Positions 38,201-51,062 of a DNA stretch of 64,000 bases are shown here, piece after piece; position 1 is the first letter of the stretch; each line of letters opens with the position of its first letter. Source of the DNA: Chrysomallon squamiferum (Eukaryota; Animalia; Mollusca); the NCBI GenBank assembly GCA_012295275.1, contig CM022665.1, positions 12,772,001-12,836,000 on the forward strand, read 5' to 3'. Made by a program: the position numbers and the translations under genes. Under the pieces are notes generated by a model, which did no database searches, had not been told where the DNA came from, and was given only the letters and a program-made list of their open reading frames with translations.

Positions 38201-41200
38201 TAATAAACAAATAGAAAAAATAAAACAAAATATAATTTTATTTTTTAAAGACAGTATGTTATCATTCCTTAAAATGTTAATATTATAAAAAAAAAAAAAA
38301 TTTCATAAATTAATTTTTATATCTACCAGTAAAAATCTACATTAAAAATATGTTTAAAATATCACAGCACAGTACAGGTTGGTTATATTACAATTTTTAT
38401 TTTAACCTTTGTTAAGTTTCAAGCAATAAAATTAAAAAATACTACTGGGCTTTGGCATAAAAATGGCAATGATTAATAAAATCACAACTCTAAATCTATA
38501 ATTCCTGCAAGTCAAAAAAATGCTTGAAATTAGAAGTACAGGTTTCTTTTGAGCAGACAACAACCTATTCTTCATTATTTAACTGATAAATTACAGGACT
38601 GACAGTTAATTGTATATACTAAATATAAAACAGTTTTTGTTGTTTCTTTTTAAATTGCTAGTATAGTCTGGTATTTGTTTTCTTTTAAATTTAAAAAAAA
38701 TTGTAAAAACTGATTGAATTACCAGAGGAAGATATGTTTACACTACAATTATATAAAAACTGGAATTTTTAAGCAAAATTTAATATTACTTTGATTTTTT
38801 CAAAGAGAAAAAAAATTAAATAATAATAAATAAAAAATATGTGTGTGTATGTGTTTTATTTGAATGATAGAATATATGCATCCAAATCATTAATAACAGA
38901 TCGCTTTTATGTAAATTAAACATAAACTCAAAATTTTGTGGCAGACATATTTCAGTAATTACATTATACTTATTTAGTATAGCCTTTGAAACATAATAGA
39001 CAGTTAACAAAAAATAAAAAATAAATTAAAAAAAAAAATAATAAAAAAATATAATAATAATGAAAGTTAACAACAACAATAAAAATAATAAAACATAAAT
39101 TATGAATATTAATAAATAAAAATTTATCATAAAAATAAATAAATAAACAATTAAATAATAAAAAAAATTAAAAAATAAAGTAGATAATAAATAAAATAAA
39201 ATATTAAAACAACTTTTTATTATTTGAAACTGAATTATTTTTCAAAACTAATAACTGATAACAACAACACAGTACAAAAACCAACAAGACTGAAAGATTA
39301 CAAAGCAGGATATTATTGTTAGAAGAAACCTCAACTTCCAACCCATGCACTTGAACTAGCAGGCTGTCTTCAGATGCCATACTTACTACTCCATGATATG
39401 GAGCGCCCCAATATTTTGATGGAGCCATCCATCAGAGAGCTTAGATCTATGAGACTATTCCTTTTCAGTGGACCTTTAGTGGAAAAACAGTTACTAGTCA
39501 ACTTATTAAGAGATGTCACAGATCTTTGTAAATCACTCAAACCCTTATGTAAGAGATTTCTTTCTTTTCAAATATAGACTAACTTTTATTTTTTAAAGCA
39601 AATTACTGAAAACCATACATGCAAGAAATTACAGATCTAGGATTTTTTTCTTTAATGTATATAATAAATTTAACTTTTTAAAGCCAATCCCTCAAACCCA
39701 TATGCAAGAGATTTTAGATGCATAATTTAAATTTTATATTATGAATTTCTTTTTTTTTTCAAACACAGAGAAACTTTATTTATATATATATATATATATA
39801 TATAAAGATTAAATATATTTATACAGGGTCATTCAAAAGTCATGCTACACTTTTAAATTTTAATTAAATGAAAACAGCTTTACAGATTTGAACAAAATTA
39901 GTTGTGAACTTTCTAAAAACTCCTGCAATTTGAAAACATAACGAAAAAATCCCTCTTCTTCTGTTTTCTTAGGCTCTGTAGACTTCAATGTGAGCACCTT
40001 CTTTTTCGAGACACATTGCCCACCTCTTCAAGCATTTGTCTCCAACTCTGGTCAGCATCTCCCTTTAACAAGATTGCAGGCATTCCTTACACGTCATAGG
40101 GTGTCAAATCTGGAGTACGTGGCACCCACTCCAGAGGTCCTCAACAACCTACCCATTTATCAGGGAACTTGTGATTCAAGAAACTGCAAACTGCTTTAGC
40201 ATAATGTGATTGTTTTTTCCAACAAGATGGTGCTGCTCCACATTATGCTAAAGCCCAGGAGCACTGAAGAGTTAGAGGAATGTATAAGGAATGCCTGAAA
40301 TCTTGTTACAAGGGAGATGCTGACCGGAGTTGGAGACAAATGGTTGAAGAGGTGGGCATGTTGAAAAAGAAGGCGCTCATGTTGAAGTCTACGGAGCCTA
40401 AGAAAACAGAAAAAGAAATTTTTTCATTATGAGACAAACTGTAGCAGTCTACAGAAAGTTCACAACTAATTTTGTTCAAATCCGTAAAGCTTTAACTGTA
40501 ATAAATAAAATTGTTTAAAGGATGAGTTAAAAATATTTAATTATTTATTACTATTATTTATTGCTAATTCCATCAAGATTAATTACTAATTATAAATAAA
40601 ATTACCATAATCAAATAATAAACACTGACATAATTTAACCTATGGCAAAACCTGGTATCTACAGATTTTATTTATCAATCATTAATGGACATCATTAACA
40701 TAACAAAAAACAGTGCATGTTTATTCTAATTGTTTTGGGGGGGAATATTAGAACATATGTAAAGATTTATAAATTATAATAAAATATTAGAAATTACTTT
40801 ACATTGGATATATTTAATTCACAAAATGCGCTTTTAAATACAAAATATTATAATTCATATATTTAAGAAACTTTAAATAAAAAGTAAGATGCAGCATTTA
40901 TTTTATTCGTAATGCAGATATATTTAAGATAATGAAAGAAAAAAAACTGAATTTTCATCTAATGCAATATCAACATATAATAGTAGATATTTAAAAAATA
41001 TTTTTTGAAATTATCATGCACAAACATAAATAAAGAGACTTGGAAAAAATAAAAGGCAAGAGAGAAAGATTTAAAAAAATATAATGTGAGATTAAACTGT
41101 AAATAAATTAAAATCATTAATGTTATATACAGAAATAAAAAAAAATAATAAAAAAAAATAAATAATATGACTCGTTCACAGAAATGTGTGTCATCCAAAA

Positions 41201-43290
41201 TATAAATATTAAAATATTAACTGACTGATTTTTCTAAGTCCTGAAAACACAAGCTGTTAATAAACTGGCTTCACAGGCACCTGGAGATTCTTAAAAGCTG
41301 ATCAATAATAAATATTTAGATTCCATTTTCTTCAAATATTTTGTAAATAGTAATATAATAATAAAAATAATAAATATTTAAATGATTTTAAAATCTGCTG
41401 CACACAACTTCACTAGACACACAGATCATTTGTTTTGAAGATAAATGTATATAATGCAATCAGTTTGAAATACTGAAACATTCTCATACATCACTTTTAT
41501 TAGCAAATCCTTATTATCAGATTTTTTAACTATATGTAATAAGTAATATATCATATTACAATATCTGAAAAAAAAAAAGAAAAAAAAAAAAAAAAAAGAA
41601 GAAAAGTGCTGTACATATTAATCACCTGTAAAATGCTTTTAAGAAATTTATAAAAATGATTTCAAAATTATGCTGTAGACTAGTTCCTTAAGCTCTTTTG
41701 AACTTTTTGTACTGATAAAATATTCTGATTTCAAAATGAAGCTAAAATAATTATTTAAAAATGAGATAAAGATGAATACATACCTGGAGTGAGAAGTTTT
41801 GCATCAGTTGACCTGTTACTGTCCACGTCTTCATTTTCCTGGTAACTTAAAAGATGGTACCACAGTGCAGATTTTCCCTGCAATACAATTAAATAAATAT
41901 GACAACCTGTTTCTGAAATGTGAACCAAAACAGAAGGAAATCATGTACTTAAAACAATTATGACAAATAATAATAATTACATAAATAACTTTCTATATAA
42001 CTGAAAACCAATTAGCTAAATACAAGAACCAATTTGATATTTTATGTGTATACTATAAAGTTCTGTTTTACATTTGGCTTTCATTTTTCTATCAAGAAAA
42101 AATAAACAACAAAGACACAAAAATGCCAAAAGAAAGAAGAGAGAGAGAGAGAGAGAAAAAAAAAAAAAAGAGAGAGAGAGAAAACATATAGATAAATAAA
42201 TACACACAATATATAACATAAAAAAATAAAAATGCACTAATATAAGTACATGATCTGACTAATTTTACTGACTTACCTTCTTCATCTGGAGGCCATGGCT
42301 CCATATTCTTTCTAAGAGGTCACACAGACTGGCTATCAGAGTATTCTCTTCTACACCAGTAATACTGACCTCTCCGTGACCTAGGTCAACAGCCTCCTGA
42401 CCCATCTTTTCTACCAACATCTTCTTTGTCTGAATAATAATAACAATAATAATAATAATGATGGTTTTAGTAGTAGTATTAGTGGTAGTGATTATAGTGT
42501 ATTGGTAGTAATAGTATCAGTAGTGCTGGTAGTAGTAGCAATAATAGTAATAATAATATTAGCAGTTATGGTAGAAGGAAGTAGTACTAAAAATAAGAAG
42601 AAATATCATATTAATTACAGTTATTTTTAAAGTTTTATTTTAATATATTTTATATGTTTGAGAAGATAAATGTATATATAAGTATAAAATTATATCTTGA
42701 ATTCATCATAAACATGTCCCCTAGAAAAATTAAAGTGACTGCATTGTTTAAATTTAAAAAAGATTTTGATATAGTCAAACATTTTTCTTTTTTTGGCCAA
42801 ATGCTGGTGTAAAACTTAAATTTTTCTGTTTCACTCTCAGCTTTGAATATTTGGCAATTTTAGTTTTTTGTTTTTAAATAAAGACAAAGTTAAAACCTGC
42901 TCTGACTTTTCTATGATCCAATCATTAAAGAATAGAGGCAACAAGATGTTGTATTCTGAATGTAATTTTCAGACAGTGAAAAGCACAGGTTTTCATAAAC
43001 CAGATACAGGAACTGGACTGGCATGGACTGCAGCTCAAACAGAAAGCCACCAAGGACCGATTCTGTGGACCTGTCAGGCTTAGGCTGTAACATATAAACC
43101 ACTGCCCAATCTTTACATTACCTTTATTTTACACTCCTTGAGTAAAGTTTCAACAAACTTCCAGTTAGTTTGTACCATTCCCTGAGCAGACATGTCTGAC
43201 AACTTTGGTTGGCGAAGACTTTTGATTTTTGCTTCTTGGAGATATCGCTGTAAAAATTCACACAAAAACAGTTTATTAAATGTTCATAAT

Positions 43291-43325
<35 letters not shown>

Positions 43326-46123
43326 AAAATTTAAAATTAAATTAAAAAAACCAACAAAAAAAACCCCAACTGTACAACAATTTTTTGGTTTGTTTTAATA
43401 TGAATTGTTAGTATACTGCTTTTATTTTTTATAATTTTTAACACATTATCACTTTCAGTCCTGAATTTAGTTCCCTGGGTACTCACTACTATATATTTAG
43501 AAAAGTTTCCTGAATATTTATATCTGTGACTAAAATAATAAAATACATTTAGTAAACAAATTTATTATGTTTTTGTTCACTGTTTTAAGAAAAATTTCTG
43601 AAAAATAACTTCAGAAAATAAAAATGCTATCTACATATATGCATAAATGGATCACTTGTATATAATGTGATAAAAACGAACCCAAACCATCATACATTAC
43701 AAATATAGTTTAAATGTTAAATAACATTAAAATACAAAAGTTTGCCATATATATAAAAAAAATATAGTATATAGGTGATGTTACTGAAAATAAATATTTT
43801 ATCTACATATATATAAATGAATAACATGTATAGATACAAATTCACCCAAATCACCATACTTTGTAATTACAGTTTAGATAAGTTTTAAAAAATAATAATA
43901 GTATTTAAATTTTATATATATATATATATATTTATGTATTTACATATATTTAAAATAATTACAATTATACCAGTAGCATGCAGAGGTTTGGTGATGCTCC
44001 TTGACTGTATGCCCCCAAGACTCAAGTATAGGGTCTAGTACTGAGATATTTTAGAAAGGAAGCTATTTCAAGTATGTAAAAAAATAATAATAAAAAAACC
44101 CCAGATGAAATAAACTTTTTGTTCTAATAAATATAAATCAGCCATAGTAATTAAGTTCAGTGCTAAATTAAGCTTTTACAACAGAGTTAACAGATAATTT
44201 CAAATTTCAAAAATCTTAATTTCATTCTCTGATTGGATGTCCCCCTGAAATGAATGCCCAAAGTCACTGCACCCATCTGTCTGTCTCCCCTTTCTGCATG
44301 CCACTGAATCATAATAAATAAAATAAAACATTTTTTTAGACAACTGATAAAATTCCAAAGTTAATAATTCCTGTAACAAAATACCACTTCAGCACCAGTT
44401 AGTTCACAAAATATTATTAATTCAATACACCAGTTATGATTTTTAAAATCAGTTTTAATTAAGACACACTAGATTAAGTTAAGAAATCCAAATTCCGATA
44501 CACATTTTGTTCTAAGAAAAGAAACTTGTTTAAATTAAGATCATAAAAGTTAGTTCTGTTTCCCATGTGAATTCTTATACAATTAAAAAAATAAAAATTG
44601 TATTAGTCTATGATAGAAATTATTATTGTTATTATTTTTTTAAAGCATGCAGAAAATCCTGTTTGCTTCACTATGATGACAGCGATTATATTTATTATTA
44701 CAGGATGGTAATGACAATGATGATAATTCCTAAATAATAAAAACATGTAGAAACTGATGATCAGTTTCATTAGAAACTGATATTTTATTTAGATTAAACT
44801 GGATATAGTCCACCTTTTAACAGATCTAGATTTGAAAAGTGTATTAAACTAGAAATTTAAAGTTTATATTTATAAATGGTAAATAAATCTTTGTTAATCT
44901 ATTTTGAATATACTTTAAAAAAATAAAAAAAAAATAATAATAATAATAAACAAATACATAAAAATATATAAGATAAAAAGAAACTGTCTAAGAGAATTAA
45001 CAAATCCTTATATTTAACACTTTGATCTTCAAATTTTTCCTTCAAAATTACATTCTACAAAACTTGGTTTGTTTGAACACAAAAAATAATAATTGTACTG
45101 CATAATATAGACTTAAAACAATATTACTCAATAATAAATAAAATCATAGTAGTAATAATAATAATAAATAATAAAAATAGCAAAACTAAGTCCATGATGA
45201 TGATGATGATGATAGTAATATATAAAAGCTATAATGACAAGAAAATAATTTTAAAAAACGATAAGGTGAAACGAGAACCAGACTATAAAGCAAAAGCCTC
45301 AAGCATGTATAAATGTTGCATTTATAATACTTTGAAGGAAAAATAAATAAATCAGAAGTTGACATTGTTTGGAGCTACTCACAAGCCATTGTTTGGCAGT
45401 TCTTTCAGCCACGGTAGACTTTAGAAATAAAATCATTTAATATTCAGATCATGAACAAACATTAGTACAACAAGCAAACACAACAACAAAACGAATATGG
45501 TACTCAGATATATACTTGCTCATTCTACAAAGAAAACAGAAATATTTGGTGTATATTTGTATATTATCAGTTATTGAATTAAGGTTCATTGTGGTTATTA
45601 TTATTATTATATTTTTTTAATATTACAGTTAGCATGCGTGTTGGTGATAACATTTTTTTTTTTTTTAAAAAGAAGGTAATAAATCTGAAATAGCAAGGGC
45701 TTAGAAAGATAATAATATGTCTAATTTCCAAATTTTGTTTGGTAAGATAACTAAAATATATATTATTAATCATTATTTGAAAGATTTAAATCTCAGAATA
45801 TTTTATATAAACATCTTCAGAAATTTTGTATTATTATATATTTAAAAATCATGAAAATGCCATTTTTAAAATTATTAAGTGCACGTGGAAGATAAGTGAA
45901 ACTTAATAGTTTTTAAATAAATGATGTTATGCTTAGTTACATAATATTTAATAAAAGAAAAAAGAAAAAGAAAAAGAAACTGAAATATATTAAATAACAA
46001 TTAAGTTAATAATGAAACATAACAATAAACATGCATTAATCTATGTGCACATCATCTTGATGTTTTTATTTTCAAATAGTTAAAATTAATATATAAACTG
46101 ACCATTTTCTTTGTTATCATATA

Positions 46124-46159
<36 letters not shown>

Positions 46160-49100
46160 ATTATGAATAGAAACACGGTTATTTTTAATATTATATTTTT
46201 GTTAAATCATTTTTGGGGGGTTTATCTGGTGGTGCAGATAATACATAAAACATTGCTTCACCATGCACAATCAAAATAAAATCAAATAATAATATGCACA
46301 TACCGCTTTTGAAAAGCTTCATACAATACAGAAACACTTAAATTAGGAATTTTATGGTGTTTTCTTTTCCATTTCAAAACACAAGACAAAGGATACATTA
46401 AAAATATATAACTGCTTATTAAAGTTGTTAAAAAAAGAAGAAGAAGAGTAACATACCTCTCTTTGGTCAGAACTAAGTTGAAGATGTTCAGCATGTTGCA
46501 AAATTCTGTCTTTTTTCCTCCATTTGGCATTTTCTCGAGATTTAGACCTGGTAGTTATCAAAATTAAATTTGAGAAAAAGCACCCTGAACATGTTTTGGT
46601 AAATGTTTATCTGGATTTAAATCATCATAGTTTATTATTATTTGACAATTCTTGTTTGAGAAATATTTTAAAAGGAAATTTTGTACGTCTATTTAATTTT
46701 AAAAGAAAAAGAACTTATAAGGAAACTCAAAGTCTAGTTTTAAAATAAATGAGTGTTTAAATATATATAAAAAAAACCAAAAAACAACACCATAATTTGG
46801 ACTCTCACATAGATTCTAACAAATCTTACTCATAAATGTGATAAAACAAGAATTTAAACTGTATAGGATTTTAAATCAGTCTTTATATATCATCTTCTTA
46901 CTTTTTTTTTTTTACAAAACAGAAAAGGAAAAATGTAACTGGTGCATCTAGGAAATGCAGGATAGGAACGTATACATGCTGCCATGTGAAAGAGAACATG
47001 AGTGCACTAATGGATTCTGCTACCAGCAATAATTATTAATAATATATCTAGGTACACATACTTGTTACTGACAGGTTCAGTATTCAAGATATCTTGACTG
47101 AGGATCGGAAAAAATCCCATTTGGACGGTAGCTGGTTCAAACTGACCAGCAGGAGGAGAAGCTGGTTTGATGGCTGTGTGGTCAATGAAAGATGACCGCT
47201 TTTCAATATTCATCTCTACAAAACATTTTTAAAAACAAAGATATTTAATTAGTATTCACACTCTACATAAAATATATTAATACTAACAAAACAAAAATAT
47301 TAATGTAGGTTTTTTGTAGCCAAAGTATCAGATATTTTTCAAAAGCCATTTAAGATATTAACAGTAGATTTTGTCAATAAGTTAATTTACTATTTATTGA
47401 ACAAAAAAATAAAACATCTAATTTAATAATTATAATTATTAATATTAATATTAATATTACAGCAAAAAAAAAAAAATTAAAAATAAAAAAAAAAAAAAAA
47501 AAAGAAAAGAAAAATTAAAAAATAGAATTTACTATAAAACCCATGCTCAAAACAATAAAGATTTCACAAAATAAAGGTAAAAGATACTTAAAATATTGTT
47601 AAAAAACTGGGTTTTCCCATTATAATTTTTGTTCTTTAAAACTTACCCGTGTTGAGGAAAGAAGGACACTGACTATAAGTGAGTACTCTTGCTTCACCAG
47701 TTTCTTCACTGATCCGTTTAATGCGAGTATCAAACACATGAAGATATGGATCTGTCTCTTCCCAGTGAGATACAATTTTATTATCAATGAATGTCGTGAA
47801 CATCTGGGTCTCTAAAAAGGGAGACAAGAAAGGCAAGTGTGCTTCTGGTTGGTCGCTGAGGAATGATGCTTTGTCAAAAATCTGCATTGACTCTCGATTG
47901 TTCAGCCATGACTCCATGTCCTGTGATGGCTGAATTACAAAAGCTTCATACAAGGAGAACATATGAACGAACTGATTGAGAAATATTTCTCTGACAGCAT
48001 TGCTGAATTTGAGATCATCAATTTCAGAGATTGATGCTGAAAATGAGTCTCTGGAACCTTTTGTTGCTTTATCCTTGGTCATGGTCAGGTCTTCAGCAAA
48101 GTCTTCAATGGAGTCCCAGACCCCTGTCTTCTTCGCAAGATTTGAGATTTTCATCCATGCTTCGCTCTGTTGAAGAATCTCCATTTTCTTTGGCGAGTTA
48201 GGCCAGCTGCCAGTTCCACCACTCTCCAACTGACTTGACATTTTATTGCTGTTATCTCTCTTTGGTGTTCCTGGGTAACTTCGATTGCTAGTCTGTATGT
48301 CCTTGTTAAACATATGATTGTATTTCTTGATAAGGGCACATAATTCATCATTGAGTTGTTCCTTGTGAGGGAAAGTAGGCAGATCTTCTGGAACATCAAC
48401 GCTGTTGGCATCAATATCCACAAAGCACATGTTGGCCTAAAATTATAATTATTAAAAGAATAATTATGTTGCTAGAAAAAGGGAAACAACTAAAAATTTC
48501 ATTATAAATTTAAAAACAGTATAACTACATAATAAACTCATCGCAATCTAAATAAATAATACTGCAATAACGCACTGGCTTATTTCTAAATATTTTAAAT
48601 AAATAATTAATTTCTCTGAATTTTAAATGAGAATTTCACTAAACACTTGCATACTGTAAACAGTGTTGAAAACAATACCTCACAAGACAAGGACAACTCA
48701 GATCTATCCTCCTGACCACGGTGAAGACCCATAATAAATGGCACTGGTGCATCTAGGAAATGCTGCAGAGATGCTGGCAGGATAGGAACGTATACATGCT
48801 GCCATGTGAAAGGGAACATGAGTGCACTAATGGATTCTGCTACCAGCATTAACTTGTTATAATCTGAAGAAAAGAAAAGAAAAAAAAATGGTTTTTGGGT
48901 TGTTTGGGTTGTTTGTGTTTTTTTAATTCTTCTGCCTTATGTTTTTAATTATTATTATTATGATATTATTATCATCATCATCATCATCATTACTATTATT
49001 ATTAATGTTATTGTTAACAATACTTATGTCTAAACTCACCCTTTTAACTTGAATTATTTAACTTCAGTTATATTCATGATATAATTGCACAATCGCACGT

Positions 49101-50279
49101 GCAACAATAAAATCTTTGATGTAAAATATAAATTAAAATACAGTATACTATAATTAGTTTAAAACAAACAAAAATAAAATAAATAATGGTTAAATTTGTT
49201 TTTCATTTAAAGGGGAAACTGAAATTAAGTTAAGATTGAATTAAAAAAACAACAAGAAAACCCCACCTTTTCCTGCACTTACTAGTTAAACTAATACTCA
49301 TTTATAAACAAGAACAACAATTAAGATTCTATAAAAACACTTGCAGAATATTTAAATTAATTATAAGTATTAATAAATATGTCTACATAATAATAACTAA
49401 GCATTATAATGTGAAATATAGATATATAAATATTAATACTAAGAAGAAAAGAAAATTATGTATTGGAGAAATTATAACACATCTTGATTTTCAGATTTTA
49501 TTCATCACTTGCTAAATATAGTGACTGGTAATAAACATTCTGCACAACTTGCAGACAGTAATTACTGAACAGTTACATTCATCTTTATGTTTCACTTCGT
49601 CTAAGTGTAGATTCTTGACATTTAACATTCTGCACAACTTGCAGACAGTAATTACTGAACAGTTACATTCATCTTTATGTTTCACTTCGTCTAAGTGTAG
49701 ATTCTTGACATTTAACATTATACTAATAACACAATAATGTGATGTCATTAAGACAATACCTGAAGAATATAACAAAGTCTGATGCTCCAGCAAAACACTG
49801 GTAAAAATCTGTAGCACATTATCTGTTCCTAGTTTGCGAAATAATTCCCAAAGTGAGAAGTCAAACAGTGGAAGTTCACTTGTACCTGCAAATGTAAAAC
49901 AATTTTTAAACTCAACATTCGCCTTTTATCAACTGGCAAATATGTGGGTTAAAACAAAATTCCTGAGAAATAAAATATTTCTTATTCCATTCTAAGATGT
50001 ACAGAAGCTATAGAAAGTATTATTTTATTCCATAGTTTTAGTTATTTCACATTTATTGACTTATCAAACCAGTTTCTAATTATATGTGCATATAGCCAAT
50101 TTGTGAAAGGGATAACTGTGAAATTTCATTACAGTCAGCATATGGAACATAGTTAAGTATAGATTCATTATCATTAACAAAATACCTTAGAATTTTAGAT
50201 TTCTTCATGAATAATATAATTTTAAACATACATACATGAGAGAGAGAGAGAGAATGAAAATGAGAATAAGAGTGAGAAT

Positions 50280-50353
<74 letters not shown>

Positions 50354-51022
50354 ATATATATTATTATTTTAAAAAATAATAATAAAAAAATATTCACCAG
50401 GTCTCTGACAAACAATGGGGCTAGATACACCAAAGAATTTGACACTTCTCCCTGGTGGTGGAAGAGGCACTTCATACAGAATGTTGTAAACGTAACTCTC
50501 CAAAGGTAAAGATGGCTGTGGAGACTTGGCAATGGCTTCATGCAGCTGCTTTAGAAAATTTCTACATGCTCTGACAAACGGTAGCTGTGTCATTAAACAG
50601 ATACATTTTGTAACATACAGCTTGTCAGTGTCTGCTTCAAACGTTTTCTTACTCTCTCCAAATGGAATTATTGCATTCATCATAATAGGACTGTCGTCCG
50701 AGTCTGACAACGATGAGTCTTTTGGGCTTTGACCAGTGTCCAGTAAGAACATTGTCTGTAATGTTTTCATGGCAGAACAGATTCGTTTGTTGATCACTTC
50801 TTCGAAGAAAATGTATGCAGAACCATAATTGCGAGATCCGTCTTCGCGGGTGATGATGAATGAGTGGAATTGTGCTTCGCGTGAATGTTTTTGTGTTCTG
50901 AATGTCAAACCTTTTGGGAAACACAGCTGTAAAAGAATATTAAATACTTCATGATATATTATTATTAATTAGAATTAAAAAATAACATTCAAAGTGTGCA
51001 TTCAAAATAAAACAATAAATCT

Positions 51023-51062
<40 letters not shown>

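Noticed and set aside
37400-38760. Further DENND5 microexon candidates near 37430 and 38725
   Set aside because: Boundaries give non-triplet lengths or an in-frame stop, with no supporting signal.
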